DNA of 64,000 bases from the sequence record OZ240615.1. One strand, given 5' to 3'. Positions 29,401 to 37,279 of the stretch are shown piece by piece (position 1 is the stretch's first letter; each line of letters starts with the position of its first letter). Under the pieces are notes generated by a model. The model did not search any database. It was not told where the DNA came from and saw only the letters and a program-made list of their open reading frames with translations. A program made the position numbers and the translations under genes.

Positions 29401-30026
29401 TTCAGGAAGCCAACGCAATGGCGAATAAGGCCGGACCTGCTGTGCCTAACAGTACAGACTCTGGCGCAGTGACGAATGTCACGCCTTCTACTACTACCCC
29501 AACGTCAGACAATGGAACGGCTGAAACACCGGCAGTAGTAGCGAGCGCTAAAAGTGTGGCAAATAACCCTGCTAAGGGGGAGCTGCCTACAGGGAATACT
29601 ACTAGCGCAGCCGTGGTTAACCGCGGGACTGATACTTTAACACCTGCGGTTACAAGGGCAACAGACAAGCGTGACGAAACTGCCATTGTCCAACAGTCTG
29701 TCCAACGCGACAAAGCAGCAGCGGCGGGTCGTGCGGCTGTGGCAGCGGCGCGTCAGCAAACTGCGCAGACGACCAGCGAGACTAATGGTTGGGCAAATGT
29801 GTTGAACGATCAACTGACCGTCCAGAAATCAATGGACAGTACGTTGATTGAAATCAAAGAGCTGATTCAAAAAGGCGGTCTACTGGGCGGGAACGGGGGT
29901 AGTGACAATTCCCCGAAAGCCAGTCCAAATACAGACGAGTTAAAAGGGAAAAGTTTGAACGTCAACGGAAACGGTCCTCGTCCGTATGAACCGTTTGATA
30001 CATCGCTCTCATCGCAGTATCGTTAA
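23421..30026 (+). CDS. Large tail protein (tape-measure-like) with C-terminal lytic transglycosylase (phiKZ gp181 type), 2201 aa
   Basis: SLT motifs AAMIAQESGF...SSAAGLGQFIDGTW and IYMAHFLGPGGA. Divergent from the vRNAP beta' gene, as in phiKZ. Confidence 0.9.
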   Translation: MAKREKIDLDRFDDFDLEDNWGMDREPTPARDGSGKREAVKKAGKTVLREMGKTTFTTQMAKAILKEAMPRSFTTTLDNIDRGLIDTRALYAEVRRDASPMVREMKVLGRTVNRLVPTPYQKKIDAYLSRQSATDNSGKQLAALNIEDAAVLQSLAQVFNQEESKTKQESTDELTEKLTDQKYKVKLGTAIASIQNLLAKQTAYQFGAQRAFQKKSMELQIRQLMVSRAHLDVAQKSAIETSNLLRSIVENSALPDVVKQHRSEEFMRMGREKIFGRIQSSMYDWTSNYRQQFKDRVKQVVGDRVQKFQTGMGLANSTLEQLEMQRELLASMGVTPEEFLSGAAGNWGALQIGKRIGRSINRRAPALRRLDGSFQGVNYLFNNKERLAADWGNSGYRYGKWYNPIENFLKDTLRSSYKDGGVVRAGGLGNGDKISSVDERKLGYMEEMSGYLSRILHSIDLLRTGDSKAPRTVFNRQKGIFTTFDESVASTREALLKDTDINAQRENVERLITSIDGNNRLSPQARGKISDHLMARARTSKAFNPGQIANEKINGLSRDEMRLWQGLLAKRYGLKLNEKSEWTLNPFSSSNVNLNIDAGQYNYASNQTQGIFNRAHGLAQTGNLEELISEGAVIFKNGNWELNPEYYGNRVGGKRSGSNNPPSNPGDMGPPRPGDRPPVPPTPGGNPPDLRRFGQDWTNPNSVNFNLGGSQFASVLTAQTDRILERMEKSQLFWDEQMARIESQLAGLGSAGTGGGDGSGQPPGSGPRRRFSRGWLGRGLRSGLRGAGRGVKGIWDLGGLPFKAAGEAFRRIRRPAFNAAMTIGTFGLNKVFGYGMQAFERAQDGYITTVNGLKKVLTKEGLESGQYVDQATGKIIKKLSDVRGAVWDVVNNTQVISDDEARGGLFNAAGTRVKTAFSKTVGAIGSLINGRFTPYNLMKGALGLGGKGLGSLLTRLPDIYVKGESKPRLYASKLANGEYFSMRTGKRISKLSDIDGDVGTLDPRTRTMTPVMTAEDAAKGLVDRNGQAIRTGLGRLVGMLGSGLRGAFNFAASPFKLLNAMGRTAANIATSGIRTVGNIFTGGAFGGRSMGTGPNTWLKRIYRLLVNQFTGKNPLDGLEETEDGLGGIKNRLTGGFERLKNRAGSWWNRLQKKKPDEAKPEHAERAAKESGGWGKLIWAAITGVGAIVSKVASGFGSFWKWIKELPRWIGASKAVGAAGDLAGDALDGAGRRRGGLLRRAGGVLKKVGKGALGVAGFLGRGLFSGAGMLARGAAVAAGSLLSAPVLIGAAVAVGVGYLIYKGYQAYKNKLTLLRKYRVAQYGVNPKDDDKAGKVLALEEAVLKSSQIDGQGKLKIGSLPFQDLVTAFGIEITDQRAVQRWVRWYQMRFAPVFSRNVEILHQMDPKAKITDAEFLKDSQRGDFARSTFIASGGAQSPYLVSDSPFPEISSVTGDRFVAGWRDQVIAEYAKAEKAAVASGEKKVLAVGEAKKPRGLDALNQKAQQMQAANANRNINPSTDLYYSPGDTRKGMTSLTGDSRKDELIEIGNRIDDLTSIRMKLYGLPELVKGDVNTLVALEAEAIKQVRYGDKGVAYWTGNTEQFFANWNGQFAVNVNNPDEKTRWLFWFNKRFLPVFLNFCSESNYLSPNTSPLQAWKKLNASDLLKIANFMNGATTEVNGNRVSVWTIKASPWPNRISNLDSSVIQSNLDALRLESKKEIYQEKVKTETEISQMTFAGKPLRATVTGNKIADLMTDVSAITAAGKGRATGKNGVGIYGQRLGSMGTSYERAESGSSFTDTNLLHSGEGTGGSINDIPEPKGDGWENVKDSLVAVAKMVGVDPGSLAAMIAQESGFELRAKNGSSSAAGLGQFIDGTWKEMLPILVKKYGVNPNTSQYDPRASLLATAEYMKKNAAIIGDIGRPLTTTDIYMAHFLGPGGAKNVLRVPSNTPIATAMGDQYASAAKANKEIFNGVRTTGDLVASLGRYLSNNGGRYIQEANAMANKAGPAVPNSTDSGAVTNVTPSTTTPTSDNGTAETPAVVASAKSVANNPAKGELPTGNTTSAAVVNRGTDTLTPAVTRATDKRDETAIVQQSVQRDKAAAAGRAAVAAARQQTAQTTSETNGWANVLNDQLTVQKSMDSTLIEIKELIQKGGLLGGNGGSDNSPKASPNTDELKGKSLNVNGNGPRPYEPFDTSLSSQYR

Positions 30027-30033
30027 TAGGGTT

Positions 30034-30062
30034 AAGGGAGGGTCATCCTCCCTTTTCTTTTT
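30034..30062 (+). terminator. Intrinsic terminator
   Basis: AAGGGAGG-GTCAT-CCTCCCTT followed by TTCTTTTT. Confidence 0.8.
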
Positions 30063-30079
30063 CTAACTGGAGAACATAC

Positions 30080-32224
30080 ATGGCAACGCTTGACACAATT
30101 ACAGATGACAGCTGGACCAGGCAGTCATTTTTATTACCCGCAGACGCCGTGGATGACGATGACATTTATTACCGTAATCACTCGGCCGCGTATTTCAAAT
30201 TTACCGATACGACGCTCGGTGGTAATTGGGCGTTAAATGCCCCTCCCCAACCTTGTTTATTTTCCGACCCGGTTCTAGACCGTTATGTGGAAATTGGTGA
30301 AGGTCAAGGGGCGTGGTATTCCGAAAATATCGATGATAACGCTGTCCTGCTCCATATGCGTTTCGGTGTACCTAACTATAACAGTTTGACCAGTTTCTTT
30401 GGAAACTTCTACAGTTCTGATGACGCCCGATTAGTGCGTACAGGACGGGCGGCTGGAATAGGGAACTTAATTGGTCGCGCGTTGGGTTGGGCCTTCTCTG
30501 TCAGACTAATCCCGTTTATCATGACCTTCACCGCTATCAAGTGGTTTACCGGGACAGTCAGTACTAAATTCTATTACCTTAAACCCACCATGGGCCTGTA
30601 CTGGAAATACGTCAACGACTTTGCCAACAATATCGCATCCAATCTTGACTTGGCGGCGAAACCAACAGGTGACTCATGGGTTCGTCTTTCTGAGGCGGTG
30701 AACCTTAAAGGAACCACACCGATGTCAGAGTCGGGAGACCCTGGTACAGAATCCATCGAGTCTGCTGCCAAAACAGCTTTCGAAATCGGGGCCAGAGAGA
30801 AATCGGTTTATGACCAGATGGTCCCTGAGCTTTTCCGTTCCGAAGGACTTACTGGTATTGATATTTACGCGACAGCCACAAGAGCACAGGCTTACGCTAA
30901 TGCTTGGCATGAAGCCGTCAATGAAATTGCTGCTCAGAACCAAAGCAATGGTAACGGGGTAATGTCTAGTGTTTACGCCTGGATGACAGGGGGCGGGGCT
31001 ACATCTTCATTAAATAAAGCTAAGAAGAAAACATACGCCACCACGGAAGAGTTCCTCAATGCTTATTTGAAAGACCCAGATGGTCGTTTAAGTGAATCTC
31101 CTGCAAACGGATCAGCTGACACAAACAACGCGGAAGTTAATACCACCGCACAACCGACTGCGACCACTACGGATACAAACGGCAACGCAATCTCTGCTGC
31201 GGGAGAAAACGGAACAGAAGAGACACAGATGGGGGTCATTGAACAGGCTTACGAGAGCGTGAAGGACTACTTCACCGATGAGGTCATTGGCCGTGCTTAC
31301 GCAACCTTTAAGGCCGCTCAGCGAGACGGTAGTCAGTGGTTAACACTTCGTATCGACGGAAGGGAAGCCGCCAGCGAATCTTTCTCTAGTAGTACGCGGG
31401 AATCGGATATCCAATCTACGATTAACAGTACTTCTTCTCGCGCTGCGAGTATGCGATTCAGCATGGCCCAAGGTAACTTTGTCGGTATCCCCGGAATGCA
31501 ACAGATCATGGATACGGTCAAAGACATTGCTGGCGGAGTGATGGATTCTTTGCACATCTCGGGTGTCGGGGCAATAGCGGGGAACGCGTTTGTTGATATT
31601 CCTAAACACTACGACAGTTCCTCTGCAACATTTAACCAAATGTCTGTTACCATTCCATTACGGGCATGGGCGGCCGATAACTTCAATCGTTTCCAGTGTG
31701 AAATCCTTCCCCTTATTACCATGCTCGTTGGTGCCTTACCAAGAGCAACGGGGACAGGTTCCTACACTGCACCCTTTATCGGTGAGTTCTACTGCCAAGG
31801 TCGTTGCTCTATTCCGTTGGGGATGATTACCGCGATTGACATTACCCGTGGGACATCCAATATGCCCTGGACGAGTAAAGGCGAGTATTTAGGAATTGAT
31901 GTTCGTCTCACGATCAGCGATATGTCCTCTGTTGCAGCAATGAACCTGAACGAGGCATTCGGGTTACGAAACTTTGATCCAACTACCTGGAACCGTTTAC
32001 TGTTCCCTCAGGATTCTTCGTTTGAGATGTACACTAACGTATTATCCAGCTTAGGGTTACAGGATCAGATCTACATGCTTCCACGATTCAAGCGAAACTG
32101 GAACCGTGTAGTAACAAGTTTCGATAAGTTCTTCTCGTACTCTAACGTAGCGAATACGATTTTCAGCGGCAACATGGGAGGGTTGATTTTATCTGCCCTG
32201 AGTAAAACCGACCGCGGTCTATAA
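30080..32224 (+). CDS. Tail/baseplate structural protein (phiKZ gp182 type), 714 aa
   Basis: Follows the gp181-like gene. FTDTTLGGNWALN and FDIPKHY-like/LGMITAIDITRG hub-type motifs. Confidence 0.7.
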   Translation: MATLDTITDDSWTRQSFLLPADAVDDDDIYYRNHSAAYFKFTDTTLGGNWALNAPPQPCLFSDPVLDRYVEIGEGQGAWYSENIDDNAVLLHMRFGVPNYNSLTSFFGNFYSSDDARLVRTGRAAGIGNLIGRALGWAFSVRLIPFIMTFTAIKWFTGTVSTKFYYLKPTMGLYWKYVNDFANNIASNLDLAAKPTGDSWVRLSEAVNLKGTTPMSESGDPGTESIESAAKTAFEIGAREKSVYDQMVPELFRSEGLTGIDIYATATRAQAYANAWHEAVNEIAAQNQSNGNGVMSSVYAWMTGGGATSSLNKAKKKTYATTEEFLNAYLKDPDGRLSESPANGSADTNNAEVNTTAQPTATTTDTNGNAISAAGENGTEETQMGVIEQAYESVKDYFTDEVIGRAYATFKAAQRDGSQWLTLRIDGREAASESFSSSTRESDIQSTINSTSSRAASMRFSMAQGNFVGIPGMQQIMDTVKDIAGGVMDSLHISGVGAIAGNAFVDIPKHYDSSSATFNQMSVTIPLRAWAADNFNRFQCEILPLITMLVGALPRATGTGSYTAPFIGEFYCQGRCSIPLGMITAIDITRGTSNMPWTSKGEYLGIDVRLTISDMSSVAAMNLNEAFGLRNFDPTTWNRLLFPQDSSFEMYTNVLSSLGLQDQIYMLPRFKRNWNRVVTSFDKFFSYSNVANTIFSGNMGGLILSALSKTDRGL

Positions 32225-32230
32225 ACAAAA

Positions 32231-32265
32231 AAAAAAGAGAGAGGGATTTACCCTCTCTCTTTTTT
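32231..32265. terminator. Bidirectional terminator
   Basis: AAAAAAGAGAGAGGG-ATTTA-CCCTCTCTCTTTTTT between convergent genes. Confidence 0.9.
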
Positions 32266-32608
32266 ATACGGTTTCTGGGTGTTCTTTTTTAGCTTGGCGT
32301 TCCAGGATAACTGATACGCTATCACCCCGGAATAATGAAGACTGAGTACTGCGGTAATTTAATTGGTACCGATCAACAATCTCGCGCAAAGATAAGAGTT
32401 CATCGTTGACCTGATAACGACGTTTCTTGAATCCAACCGGATTTAAGAAGAGTGACCCGACATCTTTTAGTCCTGGGTTTTTAATCAATGCTCGTTTGAT
32501 TCTCTGATAGACCGTGATTCTTTTCATACCGGTTATTTCAACAATTTCCGGTACTGTCCGGTCGACCCCATTAAAACGGTATTTAGGTTGATTTTTTCCT
32601 GCTGGCAT
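32264..32608 (-). CDS. Small basic protein with two tandem HTH-like modules
   Basis: YRFNGVDRTVPEIVEITGMKRITVYQRI and YQVNDELLSLREIVDRYQLNYRSTQSSL. AAGGA RBS. Confidence 0.65.
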   Translation of the reverse strand: MPAGKNQPKYRFNGVDRTVPEIVEITGMKRITVYQRIKRALIKNPGLKDVGSLFLNPVGFKKRRYQVNDELLSLREIVDRYQLNYRSTQSSLFRGDSVSVILERQAKKEHPETV

Positions 32609-32661
32609 AGGTTGTTCCTTTTTCTTTTGCGTCTACAAAAATAAAAAAGACTGTGGAAATA

Positions 32662-32689
32662 GAATAGAGAGCGCACGCGCTCTCTATTC
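32662..32689 (-). terminator. Hairpin terminator
   Basis: GAATAGAGAGCG-CACG-CGCTCTCTATTC. Confidence 0.8.
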
Positions 32690-32691
32690 CC

Positions 32692-33759
32692 TTATGCCAG
32701 TGCAATATACGAGTATTGTTGTTTTGCCAGGGTCAATATGTCGTTATCGCTATAGTGTTGGACAACGGCGATTTGATACGCGTACTCCGGTAAAGTGTTC
32801 AATACTGTTTTGGCATTACTGGAGATACTACGGAAGACATCCAGTCGATGACCTGCCGGAGTGAATTGGGAACTGTTCCAGCGTGGGTCAATCATAGCTA
32901 AAACTGTTACCAGTTCAGTGGCATAGCTGCTGTAGCTATTAGCGTCCACAACTTTACCGAACTTATAATTTTGCAAAACCTGTTGAACCGCATCAGGGGC
33001 TTTCTGAAGAATGTACGTCCCACCCAATGACTCAACCATCGTTTTGACAAGGGTGAGGTTCCCTGATGCCAGAACTGTCGGTAGGCTGTCCCCCATGGCT
33101 GCAGTGAGAGTTGGATTACTGGAATCACTACTGTAAACTGAAGAGACTACATTAGACAGCCCCAAATACGCCGCCTGTTGCAATATAGAGGACTTTAACG
33201 CTGTAATCGATAGTTTGTCTTCTAAGTTCTGGAACGTATATTCTGTGCTATTCAGGAGTGTTTTAACGCTATTGATCAAATTATTAGCGCCCAGTATATC
33301 GCCTGCCGAATTTAACTGGTAAACAGCGCCATTGATATCGTTAAACGTACTGTCGACCGTATTGTTGATTTCTTGTAAGGTGGAGGTCGCGCCGTTGATG
33401 ACTTCGTCGGAAATCCCTTTTACAGTGGAAATAGACTGACCGATCTCGTTACTTAACTGGGAAGTAAACGCTGTAACATCTTGTTTGACCTGACTGGCTT
33501 GAGTTAAGAGGTCATTTAATGACCCTAGGTCGCTGATCTTGGTATTCAGGAGATAGTTTTTAGTATCTGACAATTTCCCTAGTAACGTGTTTTTCATGTT
33601 ACTGAGAACATTGGCGGTGGTCTTCCCATAACCGTCCACTGCCACCATGGAATCTTTAACCCCAGTTGCTACCAACGAACTTTGGGTCTGTGCGGCGGCT
33701 TTTGCGGTACTCGCTGAGTTACTCAACGTATCAACGAAGTTACTGACGTCTAACGCCAT
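32692..33759 (-). CDS. Probable virion structural protein, 355 aa
   Basis: Ser/Thr/Ala-rich helical N-terminal half. AAGGGG RBS. Confidence 0.65.
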   Translation of the reverse strand: MALDVSNFVDTLSNSASTAKAAAQTQSSLVATGVKDSMVAVDGYGKTTANVLSNMKNTLLGKLSDTKNYLLNTKISDLGSLNDLLTQASQVKQDVTAFTSQLSNEIGQSISTVKGISDEVINGATSTLQEINNTVDSTFNDINGAVYQLNSAGDILGANNLINSVKTLLNSTEYTFQNLEDKLSITALKSSILQQAAYLGLSNVVSSVYSSDSSNPTLTAAMGDSLPTVLASGNLTLVKTMVESLGGTYILQKAPDAVQQVLQNYKFGKVVDANSYSSYATELVTVLAMIDPRWNSSQFTPAGHRLDVFRSISSNAKTVLNTLPEYAYQIAVVQHYSDNDILTLAKQQYSYIALA

Positions 33760-34043
33760 AAATCCCCCTTAGAAAAAACAAACTGTATCCGCTCCCAGAG
33801 TGTCTTTGGTTGACGTTGACGTAATTCTCTCAACCCGTGACTATAAAACTTACTGGCGGCGATGGCGATAAACTCGATCTTCTCTTCCTTAGAAAAGATT
33901 GTTGTGAAAATACGAGCATTCAATTGCTCTAGAAAATACACTGCGTCGTCCTCAGAGTGACTGTCTTCCTGGAAAAAGAGCTCAATATCCTCTTCGATGC
34001 TACGGAGTAGATTTTTTACAGCAGTTGAATTTAAATCCGACAT
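33750..34043 (-). CDS. Hypothetical protein, 97 aa
   Basis: GGAG RBS. Overlaps the next start by 10 nt. Confidence 0.7.
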   Translation of the reverse strand: MSDLNSTAVKNLLRSIEEDIELFFQEDSHSEDDAVYFLEQLNARIFTTIFSKEEKIEFIAIAASKFYSHGLRELRQRQPKTLWERIQFVFSKGDLWR

Positions 34044-34081
34044 AGCGGGTACGCTCCAAAAAAAAATAGATTAAGGTGCAT

Positions 34082-34116
34082 AAAGAAGAACGGTGTAAAG
34101 ACACCGTTCTTCTTTT
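34082..34116 (-). terminator. Intrinsic terminator with TATG at the end of its T-tract
   Basis: AAAGAAGAACGGTGT-AAAG-ACACCGTTCTTCTTT. TATG lies on the minus strand at 34082-34079. Confidence 0.9.
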
Positions 34117-34124
34117 AGCTTTTA

Positions 34125-34880
34125 TTATTCCTCACCGTCATCAGAGACTACTAAGTACCGACCATCCATTCTGACTTCGTGCAAAGTAATCACATCGCCC
34201 GGGAACGTCAATTCCAGTGTCAGATAGATTCTCAGCGGATCGATGACTTTGAGCGCTTTAGTAAACACCTTAATAGACATATCCGCATTCCGGATTCCTC
34301 GGTTCAGATTGCTCCGTTCCGTACTTTGTCGGTTCCTTTCTACAAAACCATTCAACGGGTCATTCACGTATCGGTTCACACGTTCTGACCAGTCTTCTTC
34401 GTCTTTAATCACCTGATGCTTAATGTCCTTGAAAAGACGATGAAGGACATTATAGCGGGTAGGATACTTTTCGTTATGGTAGTGCGTGTAAAGATCTTCT
34501 TCATCAACTTCATCGACGTGGGACGTTCGAGTACCATCACGGTGTTCGAGAAGAAGGATAAACTTCAAATTGATGGGGCGAATAACTCGCATCCCACGAA
34601 TGAAGTTGTGTAACGTCATCTCTTGCTTTGCCAGCTCGCGGTTCAGATTGCTCCGTTCCGTTGATTTACCACGACTCGTCTGTACAACACCGTTTCGTGG
34701 ATCTTTTACATACTGCGTTAATCTATTATTCCAGAAGATAGACGAGATGTTAAGGTCATTCCGAACTTCCCGGAACATCAAAGACAACAAGTTCATCGGA
34801 CCGGTGTGCTCGTTTACGCGGTTGCGGCGTAATTCCTCTGCCAGGCGAAATCGGGCTGGGATTCCTCGGCGTTTGATCAT
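34125..34880 (-). CDS. Hypothetical protein built from two homologous halves, 251 aa
   Basis: YVKDPRNG...STERSNLNRELAKQEMTLHNFIRGMRVIRP versus YVNDPLNG...STERSNLNRGIRNADMSIKVFTKALKVIDP. Confidence 0.8.
   Translation of the reverse strand: MIKRRGIPARFRLAEELRRNRVNEHTGPMNLLSLMFREVRNDLNISSIFWNNRLTQYVKDPRNGVVQTSRGKSTERSNLNRELAKQEMTLHNFIRGMRVIRPINLKFILLLEHRDGTRTSHVDEVDEEDLYTHYHNEKYPTRYNVLHRLFKDIKHQVIKDEEDWSERVNRYVNDPLNGFVERNRQSTERSNLNRGIRNADMSIKVFTKALKVIDPLRIYLTLELTFPGDVITLHEVRMDGRYLVVSDDGEE
34300..34661 (+). repeat. 23-bp exact direct repeat (34300-34322 and 34639-34661)
   Basis: CGGTTCAGATTGCTCCGTTCCGT occurs twice and encodes TERSNLNR on the minus strand. Confidence 0.95.
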
Positions 34881-34892
34881 GGAGTAAACCTT

Positions 34893-35411
34893 TTAACGTT
34901 GACTGTAATAACGTAGGTGCGCCTCTGCTAAGGATAGCATATCGCAGTGCACACTGTATAATGAAAGCAGCATTCCTTGATATTGGCTTTTACTGACTTC
35001 TTTTTTGATTTGTTCCAGTAGCACGATGTTCTCGACCACCAGAGGAATGAAGTTATCAATAAACGCATAATAATCAGCGCGACGCTTTTCCGAGTCAATC
35101 AACCATTCGTCCAAACTGTATTTCTCAATAGAACGTTTCAGGTTGTAGTTTTCCTCGACAGAACGACTCTCTGCTAGATCGTCGTTTATCTTCACGATCA
35201 CGTCTTGAAGCTCTTTCAGTGTACGGTATAACTCTACGTATTGTTCACGGAAAACAACGTCATTTTCATGGCGGTCTCGTAGCTCTGAGACGGCGAGGTA
35301 CAATTTCTGTATGTTTTCTGTTGTGACTGCATATTTTTCTCCTTTGTTGATGAGGTGTAACGCAGCGCGAATAACTTTATCGCCTGTGGGTCGCTTAAAG
35401 AAGGCAAACAC
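34893..35411 (-). CDS. Hypothetical protein, 172 aa
   Basis: GTG start after GGAGGG. Helical composition. Confidence 0.75.
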   Translation of the reverse strand: MFAFFKRPTGDKVIRAALHLINKGEKYAVTTENIQKLYLAVSELRDRHENDVVFREQYVELYRTLKELQDVIVKINDDLAESRSVEENYNLKRSIEKYSLDEWLIDSEKRRADYYAFIDNFIPLVVENIVLLEQIKKEVSKSQYQGMLLSLYSVHCDMLSLAEAHLRYYSQR

Positions 35412-35498
35412 ATTCCCTCCTGTTATTGATTATGATTAAACGTTTTAGCGCTTACATAGAAGTAGTTAACGCATCTTTTTAAACAGATTAGGGCGTTC

Positions 35499-35514
35499 TC
35501 AATAGAGTGATATA
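35499..35514 (-). promoter_or_regulatory. Putative early promoter TATATCAC-TC-TATTGA
   Basis: Exact copy of 11349-11364, in a divergent intergenic region. Confidence 0.65.
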
Positions 35515-35527
35515 GTCCTAAAAAATA

Positions 35528-36061
35528 ATGGAGAATCTTATGGCTGCTTACGAACAGGTCGACGAGTTCGAACCCATTCCCGAAGAAAAAGAAGGGGAAG
35601 TTTTAAGTTCCCGTCCTGCTGACGGAATGCCGGACACCCCAGACGAACGGTTAGACTTCACCCAGAATATTCGAGCGATGATTATCAATGAGGTAATTAA
35701 GGGCGGAAATATTCCTGTTGGCGATAAAGACCAGATGAGTGTGCTAAAAGACGCTCTCGATGGTATTGATCGACAAGAACTGGGCAAGAAGAAAATTAGC
35801 GCGAAACGAGAAGAGACCGCTGCAAACATCAATAACGTGGCCAAGATGCTGGAGAAGTTCAGTATGGAGGTTAGCCGAGCAACTAATGGCGCGCCGATGG
35901 AAAAAATGTTGGCAGATAAACCTAAGCGCGATCCAAGTGTATTTAACCGCGATGTCCGGGATCAGTTCCCAGATATTCACGCGTCTGAGCTTGAACTAAC
36001 TCGCCGCGAAGAGAACAGCGAGGAGTTCTTCGAGCGCATGAAAGAAGAAGACAACGAATGA
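35528..36061 (+). CDS. Hypothetical protein, 177 aa (acidic)
   Basis: The ORF ends at a terminator. An alternative start at ATG35540 has a GGAG RBS. Confidence 0.75.
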   Translation: MENLMAAYEQVDEFEPIPEEKEGEVLSSRPADGMPDTPDERLDFTQNIRAMIINEVIKGGNIPVGDKDQMSVLKDALDGIDRQELGKKKISAKREETAANINNVAKMLEKFSMEVSRATNGAPMEKMLADKPKRDPSVFNRDVRDQFPDIHASELELTRREENSEEFFERMKEEDNE

Positions 36062-36063
36062 TA

Positions 36064-36099
36064 ACAAACAGAGGGAAGCGTTTGCTTCCCTCTGTTTGT
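36064..36099. terminator. Bidirectional terminator (GTTT loop family)
   Basis: ACAAACAGAGGGAAGC-GTTT-GCTTCCCTCTGTTTGT. Confidence 0.9.
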
Positions 36100-36100
36100 G

Positions 36101-36802
36101 TTAAAACGGGACATTAAAGTATTCAATGCTGATAAACCGGATCGTCCAGGAAGGGGAAACGTATTGCTCGGATAATTGATGAACATCATCAAGGAGATCC
36201 TTAAAATACGCAAAGTCTTCTGTTTTGGGTTTATCCTGGAAGAGTGCAGGGCCAATTAATTCTGTGTTTAATAGGTTCACTGCATCCTGAGTGTCGATGT
36301 GTTTTTCTAACCATGGGATAATGTCATAGTGAATAAAATGCGTATATTCACTGGCGACCTTTTGCGGTGTGAGTTGTTTATCGCTTTGCCGTATCCAATC
36401 GATTTTAACTTGGGGGTGCAAAAATACTCGCATGGCTTTAGCAAAGGACGTTCTCACTTTCGGTGAGAGCCGATAAGGGTACTCATTCAACGTGATCGCA
36501 ACATTAAGATCAGTTGGCGAAATACGTGGTCCTTGTTCGGTACCCTCTATGATCTCCTTGATCACCCCGATGAGCTTACTCCGTTTAGCTTTCATCAAGA
36601 TCTCACTATCGCGCCCTTGGTAGCGTTTTCTCCACTCCTCTTCCGTGATTCCTAACCCTTCCCAGATCACCCAATCCCCTCTTCGCCGACCATAACCTTT
36701 TACGATCAGCTCTACTGCTTTTTTAAAATCGATACTCAAAGCAGTGGACATCCGAGTGTCTAAGATATCATCTAAACGAACATGTATATGGATGGGTTTC
36801 AT
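36101..36802 (-). CDS. Conserved hypothetical protein, 233 aa
   Basis: N-terminal IHVRLDDILDTR (weakly HAD-like). Coupled to the upstream gene. Confidence 0.7.
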   Translation of the reverse strand: MKPIHIHVRLDDILDTRMSTALSIDFKKAVELIVKGYGRRRGDWVIWEGLGITEEEWRKRYQGRDSEILMKAKRSKLIGVIKEIIEGTEQGPRISPTDLNVAITLNEYPYRLSPKVRTSFAKAMRVFLHPQVKIDWIRQSDKQLTPQKVASEYTHFIHYDIIPWLEKHIDTQDAVNLLNTELIGPALFQDKPKTEDFAYFKDLLDDVHQLSEQYVSPSWTIRFISIEYFNVPF

Positions 36803-37275
36803 TGAACAATGTTCTCATCGCTAAAGCTCGGGAAAATGAATCCCAAGGCCATGAGTGGGAGCACCCACAAATTCGCCTCATAGAGCAACACCAGTTCGTT
36901 GTATTTCACCTTCCACATTTGAGCGTCCTCGGGCAACGCCGTCAGACCACTGGCTTCGTTTGCTACTGGGCGGTTAGCGTTGGCGTTAGCAAAACATTCT
37001 GCGATTAACGAGACTTCTTTACGGGTGAATAAAGACAACGCAGTAAATCGTAAGCCGAAAACGTAATTAACAAGGATGTCTCGACTATGGACTTCGTTCT
37101 GCACACTAAACAACTGCTCTTTCGTGACAAGGAGAGGCTGTGCGGTCACCGAATAGTACTGCGAAACGAATGCGTTAAATGTGTTAATATCCGTTTCGTC
37201 TTTTAAGGTGGTTTTAAAGGCGCTAGTATATTGGTGAGCTTGCCCGGAAAGAAGTTCAATTTCATCTTTGAGCAT
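36799..37275 (-). CDS. Hypothetical protein, about 158 aa
   Basis: The likely start is ATG37275, just after the beta-C stop. Its TGA overlaps the next ATG. The C-terminus is hydrophobic. Confidence 0.65.
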   Translation of the reverse strand: MLKDEIELLSGQAHQYTSAFKTTLKDETDINTFNAFVSQYYSVTAQPLLVTKEQLFSVQNEVHSRDILVNYVFGLRFTALSLFTRKEVSLIAECFANANANRPVANEASGLTALPEDAQMWKVKYNELVLLYEANLWVLPLMALGFIFPSFSDENIVQ

Positions 37276-37279
37276 AAGG

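Noticed and set aside
28900-29420. The transglycosylase domain as the lysis endolysin
   Set aside because: It is a domain of the 2201-aa virion tail protein and is expected to act at infection. No free endolysin gene is in the window.
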